Source: Adineta vaga
Taxonomy: Eukaryota > Animalia > Rotifera
Direction of reading: 5' to 3'
Length of the DNA: 64,000 nt
NCBI GenBank assembly: GCA_021613535.1
Contig: CP075495.1
Location: forward strand, 3,038,001 to 3,102,000
A model generated the notes under the pieces. It made no database searches, was not told the DNA's origin, and was given only the letters and a program-made list of their open reading frames with translations. A program made the translations under genes and the position numbers. Below, one piece after another: positions 42,301-54,562 of the stretch (position 1 is the stretch's first letter; each line of letters begins with the position of its first letter).

Positions 42301-44807
42301 ACAATCATCATAGCTCTTCCTGCAATTCTTATTTCAAGTTTTTTTCTTTTCTTTTTTTGTCTTATTTCTTAATATGACATTTAAGTATCAATTGATAAAA
42401 GAGAATAATTCACTTTTCTACTAACTGATTGACTTCAATTGAATCTCTTTAAAAAAAGAAGAACACGATAAGAACAAAGACAAAAGGAGAAAACGATGAT
42501 GAAAAATGCTTCTGCCTGTCTCTTTCGAATGTCAATAAATGGCATATTGAATTTGCGTTTTTCAATTTTATTTTCGCTATCAATGTCGACATAGATATAT
42601 ATGTATGTGTTCTTTAGTTCGCTTTTGTTTTCATCTGTCAATTTTGCTTACCCATAAATCATTATCAATATCGAACATTGTTATTAATACTGCTGTTGCT
42701 CGACTCCCACTAATAACAATCGGACTTTTTTTCTGCCAGCATGTCGCGTGAGTAGAGCGTCTGACTGACTAATGATTTGTCAAAATTGCCCCGTCTTTCT
42801 CTGTTGCTTTTTTCCTTTCTTTCGTTCTTTCTCTCTTTTTTTCTTCTTCTTCTTTCGCTTTCTCTTCTCGTCGACTACGTTCCGTATGTACCTCAAGCAG
42901 AATAGATCGTCAAGGTGTCTTATTTTTTTCCTCTCTCCTTCTCCCTCTACATATATATGTATATATATTCAGAGAGAGAGAGAGAGACAGACGATTGATG
43001 TGAGCATGTCAACATCAACAATTGTCACAAGACATTCGACGCTATTAAATGTATCATGTTTTCAAAATTCTTTTTCCTTCTGATAGAATCGACAAATGAA
43101 TTTTATTCGAACATTTTTAACAACCGCAGGAATAAGAACAAGAAAAAAACTTTTGGACATCTGCGAAGAAAAAGTTGAACGTCCATGCAGCTGTTCGTAA
43201 AATAATTTATGCACGGATTCACTCATTACAAATAGAACCGAATGCAAATTTTCTCATGTTTTTTTTTCTTCGAACGAAAGAAAACAAAAAAGGGCATAAG
43301 TCATCGTGATGATTGTATGCTAAGGTTTTTTTTGTCGATTAACTTTCTATTACTCATTGTATCATATGCAAATAGATAATCATAAAAGCACTCCTCAATT
43401 TGATCGATCATATATGATTGATGAAATAAATGCTTTAAATAGTAACACAAACACATTTCTCGAATCGATCTTGTTCTTTTCAAGCACAATATTCTTACAG
43501 TTGGTGTCTACATATCGTGTCAAATACGTGTAATAAAGTTAAAACAACAACGAAACAAAATGTTTCTTCTGTTTTTTTTCTTTTTCTATATATGTGCGAT
43601 ATATGTGTATCTACACTGTTGTTGTTCACGCTTGTATAATAATCAATGCAGTGAAATCGAAAGGTGCTAGAATAGTAAATTATTGAAAACCTTTCGTTTT
43701 CATCTATTTGTCATGTAAATCAAAGACATTCTCTTGTCAAAATGAACAAGCATGTTTATATAACAAACATTAGTTCTCGAATGAAAGGTGTTAATCTATT
43801 AGTCAAATATAATCTAATCTTTCTCCAGATAAAAGCTTGCTATGTACAAATGAGGAAAAGACAATCAGAGAGAGAGAAGGAAGTCGGAATTGAATGAAGA
43901 ACATCATCATTTATATATAGATAATATTCTCGAGGAAATAGAAAAGAAATCGTAATGATGTTATGCTTTTTCACAGCTTGAGGATAATAGTAATGCACAG
44001 AAAAATACTAGTCTAATTTGATTAATGCTTGAATAACTTTGTTTTCTGTTTTCAGAAGAAATCTAAATCAAAGCATTGATTCGTTGTTGTTAAACCAAGC
44101 ATAACTTAATAACTACATATCCGATAAAATATAATTCTCTGCTAGTTTTATATGAAACCTTTTATTCAATTCAAACAGCACAAGATAACATTCAATCAGA
44201 GTTTTTTGGTCCTTTAACCTTGATCGAAATACATATTAACGAGTAAGAACTCCTTCTGCTTTTTTTTATCGGATGACCCTGAAAGAATCTCAACTTTCAT
44301 CTCTCTCACACACATACACGCTTGTGCTCGCGCGCACTATTGGTACGTTCTTCTGAAGAAACTATGTAAACCGCAAATAATATGTTCGTCCATATGTTTT
44401 TCTGTTAGAAGATTTTACTGACAAAATGCTTCGCTCATCAATATAACTAAGGGAGATATGATAAAATAAATTAACTGCATCGTTCGAAAAGAGGGAGGAA
44501 AAAATCGCAAATAGTATGTTGTTTTCATAAATAACATTTGTTGAAAGCTTTTCATAGACCCACATGCACACGAATCAAAGGTGTCCGTTGACGAAAACAA
44601 CAACAACAACAACGAAAAGAAAGAAAGAGACAAGAGAAAAGATTAGTTATGTGATTTTACCTGATCATGAACATCATCTTCAACATCATCATATTGATTT
44701 GTTAAGAGAAGATCTTTGTCACGGTAAGGATGTTGAACATCAAATAAGAGCGACGAATCGTCGAGATCACCGTCAACAAAGATCGTTTTTAAAGTTGATG
44801 GAATCAT
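36375..44807 (-). CDS. brat: Brain tumor (brat/NCL-1)-type TRIM-NHL RNA-binding protein
   Basis: RING CPHC...CFHTLCESC...CPQC. B-box1 [34 protein letters not shown]-box2 [17 protein letters not shown]. Coiled coil. NHL repeats [31 protein letters not shown]...[17 protein letters not shown]...[15 protein letters not shown]. The common exon starts at 42151; the first exon is ambiguous (see findings). Confidence 0.93.
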
Positions 44808-46221
44808 AATAAGTGCTTTTGAAATTGTAATTGTTAATAATGTTAACTAAAGTGGAAACTTAATAAGTCGATCGTTGATTGTTTGTGATTGTAGATGTTG
44901 TTGCTTGTATTCCATTATATGTTTTCTTTTTACTTTGCGCGTCACGCCATTATTTTGTTGGATGTGTCTGTGTTGTTGTCGATTCAAGCAGTAAGCGAAC
45001 AGTTAGAAGAAAACGAGAGAGAGAGAGAGGTAGAGAGAGAAAGAGCTTTTTTATATGCCAACACTGCTACAAAGATTGGTTTGGCCTGTATTTTCTGAAA
45101 GAAGAAGAAGAAGAAAAAAAAACGAGAGAAAGCGAAATAACAAATAAAATGTAGGCGAGTCAAGCAAAAAAATAGAAACGAGCGGGCATGAATGTGTGCA
45201 GTGTGGCTTCTTTCTTCCTTCTCTTCTGTGTATGTTTTTTTTACAAAAATATCTTTCTATCTAAAAGAAGAAAAGAAAGAAAGAAGGAGCAGAATTATGA
45301 AATCCGTCGTTTTGATGATAGTGAACGAGCACGAGCGCTCTTTTTTCTCTCTTGCTTCTTTTTTTTTCAATCTAAAGAGCATCGAAACAAAATGAGGACG
45401 ACGATGACGACGACGACAGTGTTGACTACATTATTATAGTTAAAGAATCGGTCAGAAGTGAAGAACAAAGATACTCCAACGATGCCCGATACTAAACATT
45501 CTTTATAATGATTCATCTGGCATGCACATGTTCGCTAGATTGGGAATAATCTTCGTCGATCGATATATCTATCTCAACGACAAAATCTCTAGATAGAAAA
45601 AGAAAAATATATATATATATGTATATACTTCATTGAATTTTCCCTCGCATGATTATTATCATCATCATCATCTGATAACTTTCTAGACGATTCGCAATGT
45701 TTTTCTTCGATCAGCATGACATTCTGTTGATGCTAGACTTAGAAAATAACATATCAGAAAAATAAATAAGAAGGAACGTGTGCGTGTCGATATACACATA
45801 TATGTATATGGAACGCACACGAATAATATCAGTCAAGGCTATATACGTTGTTATGATCAGTAGAAGTGCCACCAGTAATATGACAGATGTATACAAAAAC
45901 AACAACAACAACAACAACATCACAAGGAAAACATCGGATCGAAAGCAACGAACTTATTATTACCATATGACCCTTTTTTTTCTTCTTTTCTTTCTCTAAT
46001 CACCTCGATGTACGAGAAAGAAAGAATTGATCCGTGATAAAATGATTGACAAGAAGACAAATACCAATTGTGTTTACTCAATTCTATTCGAAAATCTTTC
46101 ATATCTGATAAAATATTATCATTGATACATAATTTATTTTCTTTATCTATAATAAATTTAATAATAATAAGAAGATATAAAGAGAGAAGATTAGTGAAAA
46201 AAAGGTTAACTATTGCTTTTT

Positions 46222-47396
46222 TTAAAATAAATCATTCATCAAAACATTTTGAATTTCTTGATCATGACAAATATCAATAAGAATTGTTCGTATAGGTTCA
46301 TAAGTTGTATTCATATAGATAGAAGAGAATTTACTGAAAATATTCGTATGCCAAGCAAGTGAATTGTTTAAACCCTAGAATATATCAAATGATATTAAAT
46401 AACTCTTTCAAGGACTTTCCACTTCATACTTTAATAAATGATTGATGATTTTTATACAAAAGTTTTAGAATAACATATGCACCATATGATGATTGATTTA
46501 ATATTTCTACAACTTTCTCCACTTTCATTGATATTAAACAATCATAGGAACTAGAAAATGAATAAATTTATAAATAATCTCATTGAAGATGCATCTACCT
46601 GGAGAGATCAGCTCGTTTGAAAATCGTTTCAATGATAAATAAACACATGTGTTCATATTTATTCAAATCACCAAGTAAATCAAAGAGAAAATCCTATTAA
46701 ATTATACAAGTTGATTATGAGTTATTTTCAAAAATTATCTTACGAAATGTTTAGGTAGATGAATAGTAATTGTGATCAATGCTTCTAATAAACATCGATT
46801 TGCATGAGATAATACACGATTTGGATTCATATATATTCGTACATGATTCAATAAGTTCTTATAACATGTTTCATTTGTTGACTAACAAAAAGAACATTTC
46901 ATTGTGTTTTTTTTTGTTCTGAATAGAAAAAGTTCGATACAAACTGTTGTTGATGAAAATATTCTTAAAGCTAATTCTCGATGACGTACTTGATTATCAG
47001 TTCGACAAAAAATAGCCTAAAATAAATGAAAAATCATAATTTCAATTCTACTTCAAGTAACTAACAAAACAAACAAACATGTAATAAATAACCATACGCA
47101 TTTGGGATATAATCTTGAGGAATATCTGTTGATGATATATATTGACGTATTAATTGAGTATTTTTAGTAAATTCATCATAATATATAGTTTGACTAACAT
47201 AATTATAACCCTGAAAGAAAAAAACAAAGAAAATCGATTTTCAAAACAAGATTTTGTTTACTTCACTACAATATAAAGCCCATTTTAATGCATTTAAAAT
47301 TTCGTGACTATTAGTCCAAGGAATTGATTTTGTTTGAATAATTGTTGTATAAATTCTCATAGATATATAGATACTTTTGAACAAATCCGTAGTCAT
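46222..47396 (-). CDS. Hidden 7-exon gene, ~281 aa, with FANCF-like N-terminus
   Basis: Exons 47396-47262, 47210-47079, 47016-46945, 46881-46744, 46693-46599, 46550-46430, 46374-46222. All introns are GT-AG and the frame is continuous from ATG to TAA. The N-terminal motif IPWTNSHEILNALKWALYCSE resembles FANCF (W...V.RALQWARY). The gene model is more secure than the family call. Confidence 0.65.
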
Positions 47397-47628
47397 ATTT
47401 TTTAATCAAAGAACATCAAAAATAAGATTCAAAATGTAGTTGTCAAAACGTACGCAAAATGTCTAACAGTAGTCGTATTGGAGAATTCAAATAAACAAAT
47501 CACAATAGATATCGATTAGAAAGCGAGAGAAAGAGAGAGGAAAGAAAATATCATAACATTAGGCTAGATTTTTATTCATTTCTTCACTGGTATAGATTAC
47601 AAGTTAAAATAAAAGAGTATAAAGATTG

Positions 47629-50326
47629 TTATTCGACATTTGGATTAACAAAAGAAAAACCTCGAAATGTATCAGGTGGAGCGGATAGTAACAAGACTCG
47701 ATCTTTTTGTTCCAAGTCAGATAAACGTGGTGTAGGACTATTTGATTCCAATGATGATACAGACTGAAAAAAAAAGAGAAATTTCGAAGATTCAAACAGT
47801 TGAGAATACTTACAGCAGGAGTCCATGGTGGTGGTACACGTCGATTTTCAATATTTTCTAATGTATATGGTGCTCTAAAAATAGTATCGAATAAGAAAAA
47901 TCTATCGTTTTTAAATCATTATTTTCTTACTTGAAAAATGGTTGATCTTTTAATAATCCTAAAGGTGATAACTGATTTCCTAATCGTCGTTTTGAATCAC
48001 GTTCAAGTAGACCTGATATAATTTGTTTCGCTTCTTTTGGCATTGTTTCAGGATAATAAACATCTTTAAAGAGAACATTTTCTTCAATTTGTAATTCATC
48101 TTCATCATAAAATGGTGTTATAAATGTAAAGAATTCATAAATCATTATTCCTAATGACCACCAATCAACATTTTCATCATATTCAAATCGTTTATAAATT
48201 TCATAGGCAATATATTCCTGTGTACCACAAAATGTTCTTGCTCGAGGAGTTTGATGAATATTATCTTTACATAAACCAAAATCACCTAATTTGATATGAC
48301 CATCTTCAAAGACAAGAACATTTTCAGGTTTAAGATCACGATAGGCCTAAATATATGAATTAGGATTGGATTGGAAAAAAAACACATTTGAATAATGATC
48401 ATACTTACAATACATTTTGAATGAAGAAATTCGAGTGCACAAGCAATTTCACCTGAATGAAAAACAATACGATTATAGGCAAATGGTCGTGGTGTTTGTT
48501 TTAATAATATTCGATAGAAATTTCCACCACGTGCTACTTCCATTAAGAAAAATAATCGTTCAGCATTTTGAAATGCATACATTAATTGAATAATAAAGGG
48601 ACTCGATTGACTTTGAATCATAATTTCTCGTTCTAACATCACATAATTAAGATCTTGTCCTTCCAAAACGACATTCTTACGTAAAATTTTCATTGCATAA
48701 TAATTTCGTCGATATTGAACTAGATAAACCTAGAAATATAAGATGTCAATACTTGACAAATGTCTGTATAAATACTTACTGCTCCATTCATTCCTTGACC
48801 TAAAGGACGTATCAATCGAATTTGATCAATATTAAACCCTGAAGTTACATTGGATCGATGAAATTTTGAAATACGCTCAATTTCTTGTTGAGTATCTACT
48901 TGTCGATCAGTATTATCTAAACTCGAATAGATATTATATAAATCACCATTATAATGATAAACATCATCCAATTCTCCATCACGCTAAAGAAAATAATTCT
49001 TAGAATTCAAAATTTTGCATTGATCATATGACATACTGATTCTTTCCATTTTTCATATATAGCTAAAACATTTTCTTCACATCCGCAATAATTTCCGACT
49101 TTTGCAATACATCGACGATGAACAATCATTGTACAATCTAGATAATGAATAATATTCTTTTTATTAAATAAAATAGAACTCAAATTTTCATACGTGAACA
49201 TTTATGTACATGTCCAGGTCGAATAAAACTTCCACAATGAGAACAAAACGTTGGTTTCAATGAAAATGGTTGTAAATCAAAATGATGTGCAATATCAATT
49301 TTTAACTAAAGAGAACAAAAGAACAATTATTAGTTACATTACGAACATTTTCTTACATCAGGATATTTTTTTCCTTTACATGGACATGCATATCGACTGT
49401 AGCATCCTTTGTGTACAACACAATCACAACGTTGACATTGATAACTTTGATAAGCAAATCCCCTTTGAAATTCAAAATATAAAATATTTTCTTGAATAAA
49501 AATACACTTAATTTACCATAGAAAATCGGAACAAACAGAACAAAATGTAGGTAATTTAAAGACTTTCGGTACAAATTCATGACCAAAATGTGTATAAATT
49601 TGTTGACGTCTTTCGGCATAACGACTTTTTCCTTCTTGAATATCCGTTTCACGAACTGTTTGTCCAGACGCATCTAGAAATCAATGAATCATCTTAATCA
49701 AATTTCAATCAAATTTATCACGATTTTTACCTTTATATTTAACAATCATTTCTGCTTGAGCTGATGGAGTAAAGAGAAACTAAAATGAAAATCATGGTAA
49801 GCTTTCTTTTCGATCATAATCATGCATTACTCGATGTCGATGTCCATCAGCAATTTTTTTCAAAGCATCTAAATCGGATTCAAAGACATACATAACATTG
49901 GCATATTGTATTCGAATAACAATTTGTCGTTTAATCTTATGTAATAAACCAGCATCGAATGGAATACATTTTTCTTTTTCAATAAACGTTGGGAATTTGA
50001 TTTTCAATGGTTCTTAAAAGAAAAATATTTCGTCGAAAACAAACAAAATGACAATCGATTTAATCTCTTCTACTTTCATGATTATCACGTGTTGCTCGAT
50101 GTTTTTCTTTAAGTTCAACTTGAGTTTTCACATTGGAAAGATGTATAAATTGATCGTTATTACTTATTTGAAAATTTAATATTTGCATACGTAAGAATGG
50201 ATGCGTACCTGGTGACATATCTATATGACAAAATGATCTAAATTAGGGTATTAAAAATAAACTCTCATGCTTACTTGAAGTACATGATTGTGTATGTGAA
50301 AATTTTGCTCGTACATTTGACGTCAT
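47629..50326 (-). CDS. Novel-type PKC (delta/theta-like) kinase, paralogue B
   Basis: C2-like start PFLRMQILNF. C1A [24 protein letters not shown]. C1B FCSHCG...CTMIVHRRC. Kinase LGQGMNGAV, YAMKILRK, YRDLKPEN, DFGLCK, RTFCGTQEYIAYE. Hydrophobic motif FRGFSFVNP. Confidence 0.9.
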
Positions 50327-50594
50327 TTCTGCGACGAGATGCTTTTTTTGTCAGATGATTTAAATATATATACCATTTTCTCTTCTTTCCTTTTTTGACA
50401 GAACACGTTACGAAAATATTTGTTAGTGCTTTATATATGTATATATTAGAAATCGATAATCATACAGGAAAAAAAAGAGAGACGGTGAAAACAATAACAA
50501 GAACGAAAAAAAAAAGAAGTATCGAATACAAATAAACAACAAAATAGATGTTGAAGAAAGAATGAAAATGTCAGACTTTTCGTTTTCGAATTTG

Positions 50595-53269
50595 TTAAAA
50601 ATCAATAAATGAAAAATTACGAAAATTATCTTTATTCAATGTTAATGTTGTACACAGAGATTGTTCATCAATTTCCGATAGATGAATTGCTTTTGTTGAT
50701 GTACTCGATTCCGATGAAGAATAAAGTGGAATCTAAAAATTTGGGAAAAGTTTAAAATGAGTCGAGACATGGGAACATACCGGTCGTTTCCATGGACATT
50801 TCAGATTTCCTTGTTCGATTTCTTCTAGAGAATATGGAGGTGAATAAAAATCACTTGATCGGAGTTCTCGAATTCCAAAACGTTTTTCTGGACTTTTTGT
50901 TAGTAGACCTTCTATTATGACTTGTAGGTCATCAGACACTTCATCTGGATATTGAAAATCTTCATTGATAACATGATTTTGAATTTCTTCTTCATGTGGA
51001 TGATAGAAAGGTGTTTTTAATGTAAGCATTTCAAAGATCATTACACCTATTGACCAATAATCAATGGGAAAACTATACGCAAGACGTTGATAGATTTCCG
51101 GTGCAATATATTCAGCTGTACCACAAAATGTTCGCGTTGTTCCTTTAATCGAAGTAAATTGTTTACAAAAACCAAAATCCGCTAATTTCAAACGACCATC
51201 ACGCATTAGAAGAACATTTTCTGGTTTCAAATCTCGATGAATCTGAAAAAAAAACAGATAAATATGAAAGATAGAATTCATTTAAACTTACCACTAATTT
51301 TGAATGAAGATAATGAATTGCACATATAATATGAGCTGAAAACCATTTGATACAGGCATTATCAAAATCACCACCAAATCTTAATAAAAATTCGTAAAAC
51401 GCTCCACATGGTGCATATTCAAGTAAGAAATAAACACGTTGAATATCATGAATAACTGCATATAATTTAATAATAAATGGATTTTGTCGAGCATTATATA
51501 AAACATCACGTTCACTTTTAACACAATCATATTCATTTGCTTCAAAAATTCGATGTTTTCGAAGAGCTTTCAAAGCAAAATCACGTTCTGAATGTTTTAC
51601 CCAATAGACCTGAACATATTCAATCTCCAATAACTTAAATACACACGATTTTCTTACTCACAGATCCACTCATTCCATGTCCAAGTAGAGCATGAAATGT
51701 TAAACCATGAAGAAGAGCACCACTTTTATTATAATATTCTGATAAACTAGAATTTAGAAAATAAATATTTCAGAATACAACATAGAAATCTAATTACCTT
51801 TGATTTAGATTATCTGACCATTCATATGGTTTTGTTACTGTATTTAAATCTTCGATAGCATTTGGTCGTTCACGTTCATGTTGTAATCGTTCATAGATAT
51901 TAATCAAATGTTTTTGATTATTCTCTTGCATTTCTTCACTTATACATTCATCCGATACCAAATATGTATCAATAGAATTAGGTTGATTCTTCAATTCAAA
52001 AGAATAATAAACAATAGTTAAATGGTTGTAAAGAAGAATCGTTTTTATTTACTTGTTCTTTCCATTCTTCATACATTTTAACAGCTATTTGTCTTGTTCC
52101 ACAAAATTGTGCAACATTTGCTTTACATTTTGAATGAACAATCATTCCACATTCTTGAAAATGATAAAATAAAGAGAAATCATGATCGAAAATGATAAGT
52201 ATATTTCAATCTACCAGAACATTTCCATGCTCGTAATGGATGAATTATTTTCCCATCATGATCACAAAATAATGGAAGAAAATTTGGATCATGAATAAAA
52301 TGATGTGGAATTGTTGGAATTGATGGAGAATTTACAAGCTAAAATAAATTTTCCCGTTTCTCTTCCATTCATATCTATTCAACATACTCCTAATTGTTTA
52401 CAAGTTGCAACATGATTAATACATTCTCCATGAACAACAAGGTCACATAATTGACATCGATATCCCAATGTATTAAAACCCCTAAAAATGCAAAAAAGAA
52501 AAACTACTCATTTACAGCAAATCATTGACATAATATGTTTACCAAAGCAGTTTCTTACATTCACTACAGAAAACAGGTAGAGTAGTAAAATATCTAAAAG
52601 AAAAAAACAGAAAATTTGATTTTTATTCTAAAAACTAATTCTTAAATTACTTTGGTAGAAATTCATGTCCATAATGTTTACGTATTCGATTATGCAATGT
52701 TCTTTGTGCTTCTCTAACATTATCATTTGGTACTAAAAATCATATCGAAACTTTTTGCAATTATTCAGTCAATTATCTTCAATATACCAAACAATTCAAT
52801 TGACATCGATGCTCGACTTTTATCTGTAAATCGATACTAAAATGATTGAACATAGCAATCTTCAAAGAAACAAAATATTCTTTTTACTTCTCGTATAATA
52901 TTATCTGCTTTTTTAATTAAATCTTCGATTGATGTTTGAAAAGTATAATTCGTTTTTTTAATATCAACATAAACACCTAGAACGACTTGTCGTCCTTGTT
53001 TCGTTCGAGTTTCAAATAGAAAATGTTGCATTTTTTTATCATATTCAGGAAATTTTGGTCGACCTGATGAAACTAATATTTATTTTACGAAAACATTTCC
53101 TAGATCGAAATAACAAAAACACATTTTCTTTACTTTGTTGGACATCAAATGTATCGACTCGTAATTTCAGGTCAGCTAATGTTTGAATTTGTGATCCAAT
53201 CGAAAATTGTACAAGACGAACACGAACAAATGGTTCGTGAATGATTCGTGTTGATGATGATGTCATCAT
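50595..53269 (-). CDS. Novel-type PKC (delta/theta-like) kinase, paralogue A
   Basis: C2-like PFVRVRLVQF. C1A GHEFLPKYFTTLPVFCSECKKLLWG. C1B FCDHDG...CGMIVHSKC. Kinase LGHGMSGSV, FALKALRK, HRDLKPEN, DFGFCK, RTFCGTAEYIAPE. Last exon 50732-50595 ends FRNFSFIDF*. Confidence 0.9.
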
Positions 53270-53675
53270 TCAAAAATCTTTTTTGTTTCACAATCAAGAA
53301 AACCATATAGTTACTGATAACAATTTCTAGAACGAAAAGAACAAAAGAAAAGGAAGAATGATAAAGATAAAACAAATTTGTTTTCTTTTATTCGTTTCTT
53401 TTGGTTTGATGATCTGAAAAGTCACATTATCTCATCATTGAATGTGCTATTTCAAACTTGATAAAAGAACCTGGTGAACTAGAATTAGAAGTGCATATAA
53501 CATCCGAATTAAGAAGAAAAATTTCTTTTCCGGAAGAATTCATTGATAGAAACTATCACGTTCTATAGTTATTTATATCATGAGCATAAAAGTAATATAC
53601 ATCAAATCTTCTTATATTCACTTCCTGTGTATCTATATAAAAAAAACAAATTTTTCTTTTGTTTATTATCATTTT

Positions 53676-54419
53676 TTTATTCCCTTTTCTGAAAGAAAGG
53701 GTTATACAGCGATTAATTCCTCGGCTCGAAATGATAAAAGTTTGTCTGTCTGTCTGTCCTATCCAATCAGATTACAAGAAAATATTATCCATCGAAATTC
53801 TTTCAATATTAACTTAAAATACATTCACAGCAGGGTAATCGAGGTCGAGGAACTCAAATCTGATGTTAGTTTTGATCAGCTAGTAGCTAATTAGAAACTT
53901 GTTAGCATCTAATCACTGATTATTTTCTCAACTGAAAGGAAGGTTATGCGTCAAGAAATGTTGCAAAATAACGAGTAGGTGTTCGTCCATTTGCGCATTC
54001 ATTGAGTGTCTTTTCAAATAATGTAAGAATAATGATTTTTTACAAGGTTTGGCCGAAGCGTTTTAGAGTTCTAGGAACACGAATTTTATGTTAGTTTTTC
54101 AAGCTCATTTTACGTAACATTTCTCGAGAAAAATCTCTCCAAACTGAAAGAAGGTATATGCAGAATGAATTGAGTGCGTTTGTTCATTTCTTTTTCAATA
54201 ACTAGGCAATGACAAACCATTTGAATGATGGTGAAAGACTTCAAGAAGCGGTCAAGTGACTCTATTCATGAACCTAAGCTAATCTATATTTTATTGTAAC
54301 TGTGCTTGTAGAGCCGTTCACATCGTTTCAGTGGATGGTCAGCGGCAATTGCGTTGCGTACCCGGCATTTAGGAAAACTACTTTCATATCTGAATTGTGG
54401 GTGTGGCAGTGGGAATAAA
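53676..54419 (+). mobile_element. Non-autonomous Helentron-associated (DINE-1/HINE-like) element, copy 1
   Basis: 5' TTTATTCCC (53676-53684) after a T-run, partial inverted repeat AAAGGGTTATA, a (GTCT)n microsatellite at ~53744-53758, two degenerate ~220-bp internal tandem units, and 3' GGGAATAAA (54411-54419), which is the reverse complement of the 5' motif. Homologous to 61146-61345. Confidence 0.6.
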
Positions 54420-54450
54420 TACTTTCTTCACTTTACTCTTATTATTGCAA

Positions 54451-54504
54451 GGGAGCATTTCAAAATTTATACCGGCCTGTCAGCATAAATTTTGAAATGC
54501 TCTC
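54451..54504. repeat. Perfect 18-bp inverted repeat hairpin (mini-MITE or element terminus)
   Basis: GAGCATTTCAAAATTTAT (54453-54470) and ATAAATTTTGAAATGCTC (54485-54502) with a 14-nt loop. Confidence 0.8.
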
Positions 54505-54562
54505 TAAGTGACATGAAAACATTTATTCAAGAAATAAAAATCGAAATGAAATTTATTTTAAA

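Noticed and set aside
42772-46280. Many short ORFs upstream of brat
   Set aside because: They come from GA, CT and CAA simple repeats in promoter or intron sequence. The + strand ORF 44564-44809 is the antisense shadow of a candidate brat first exon.
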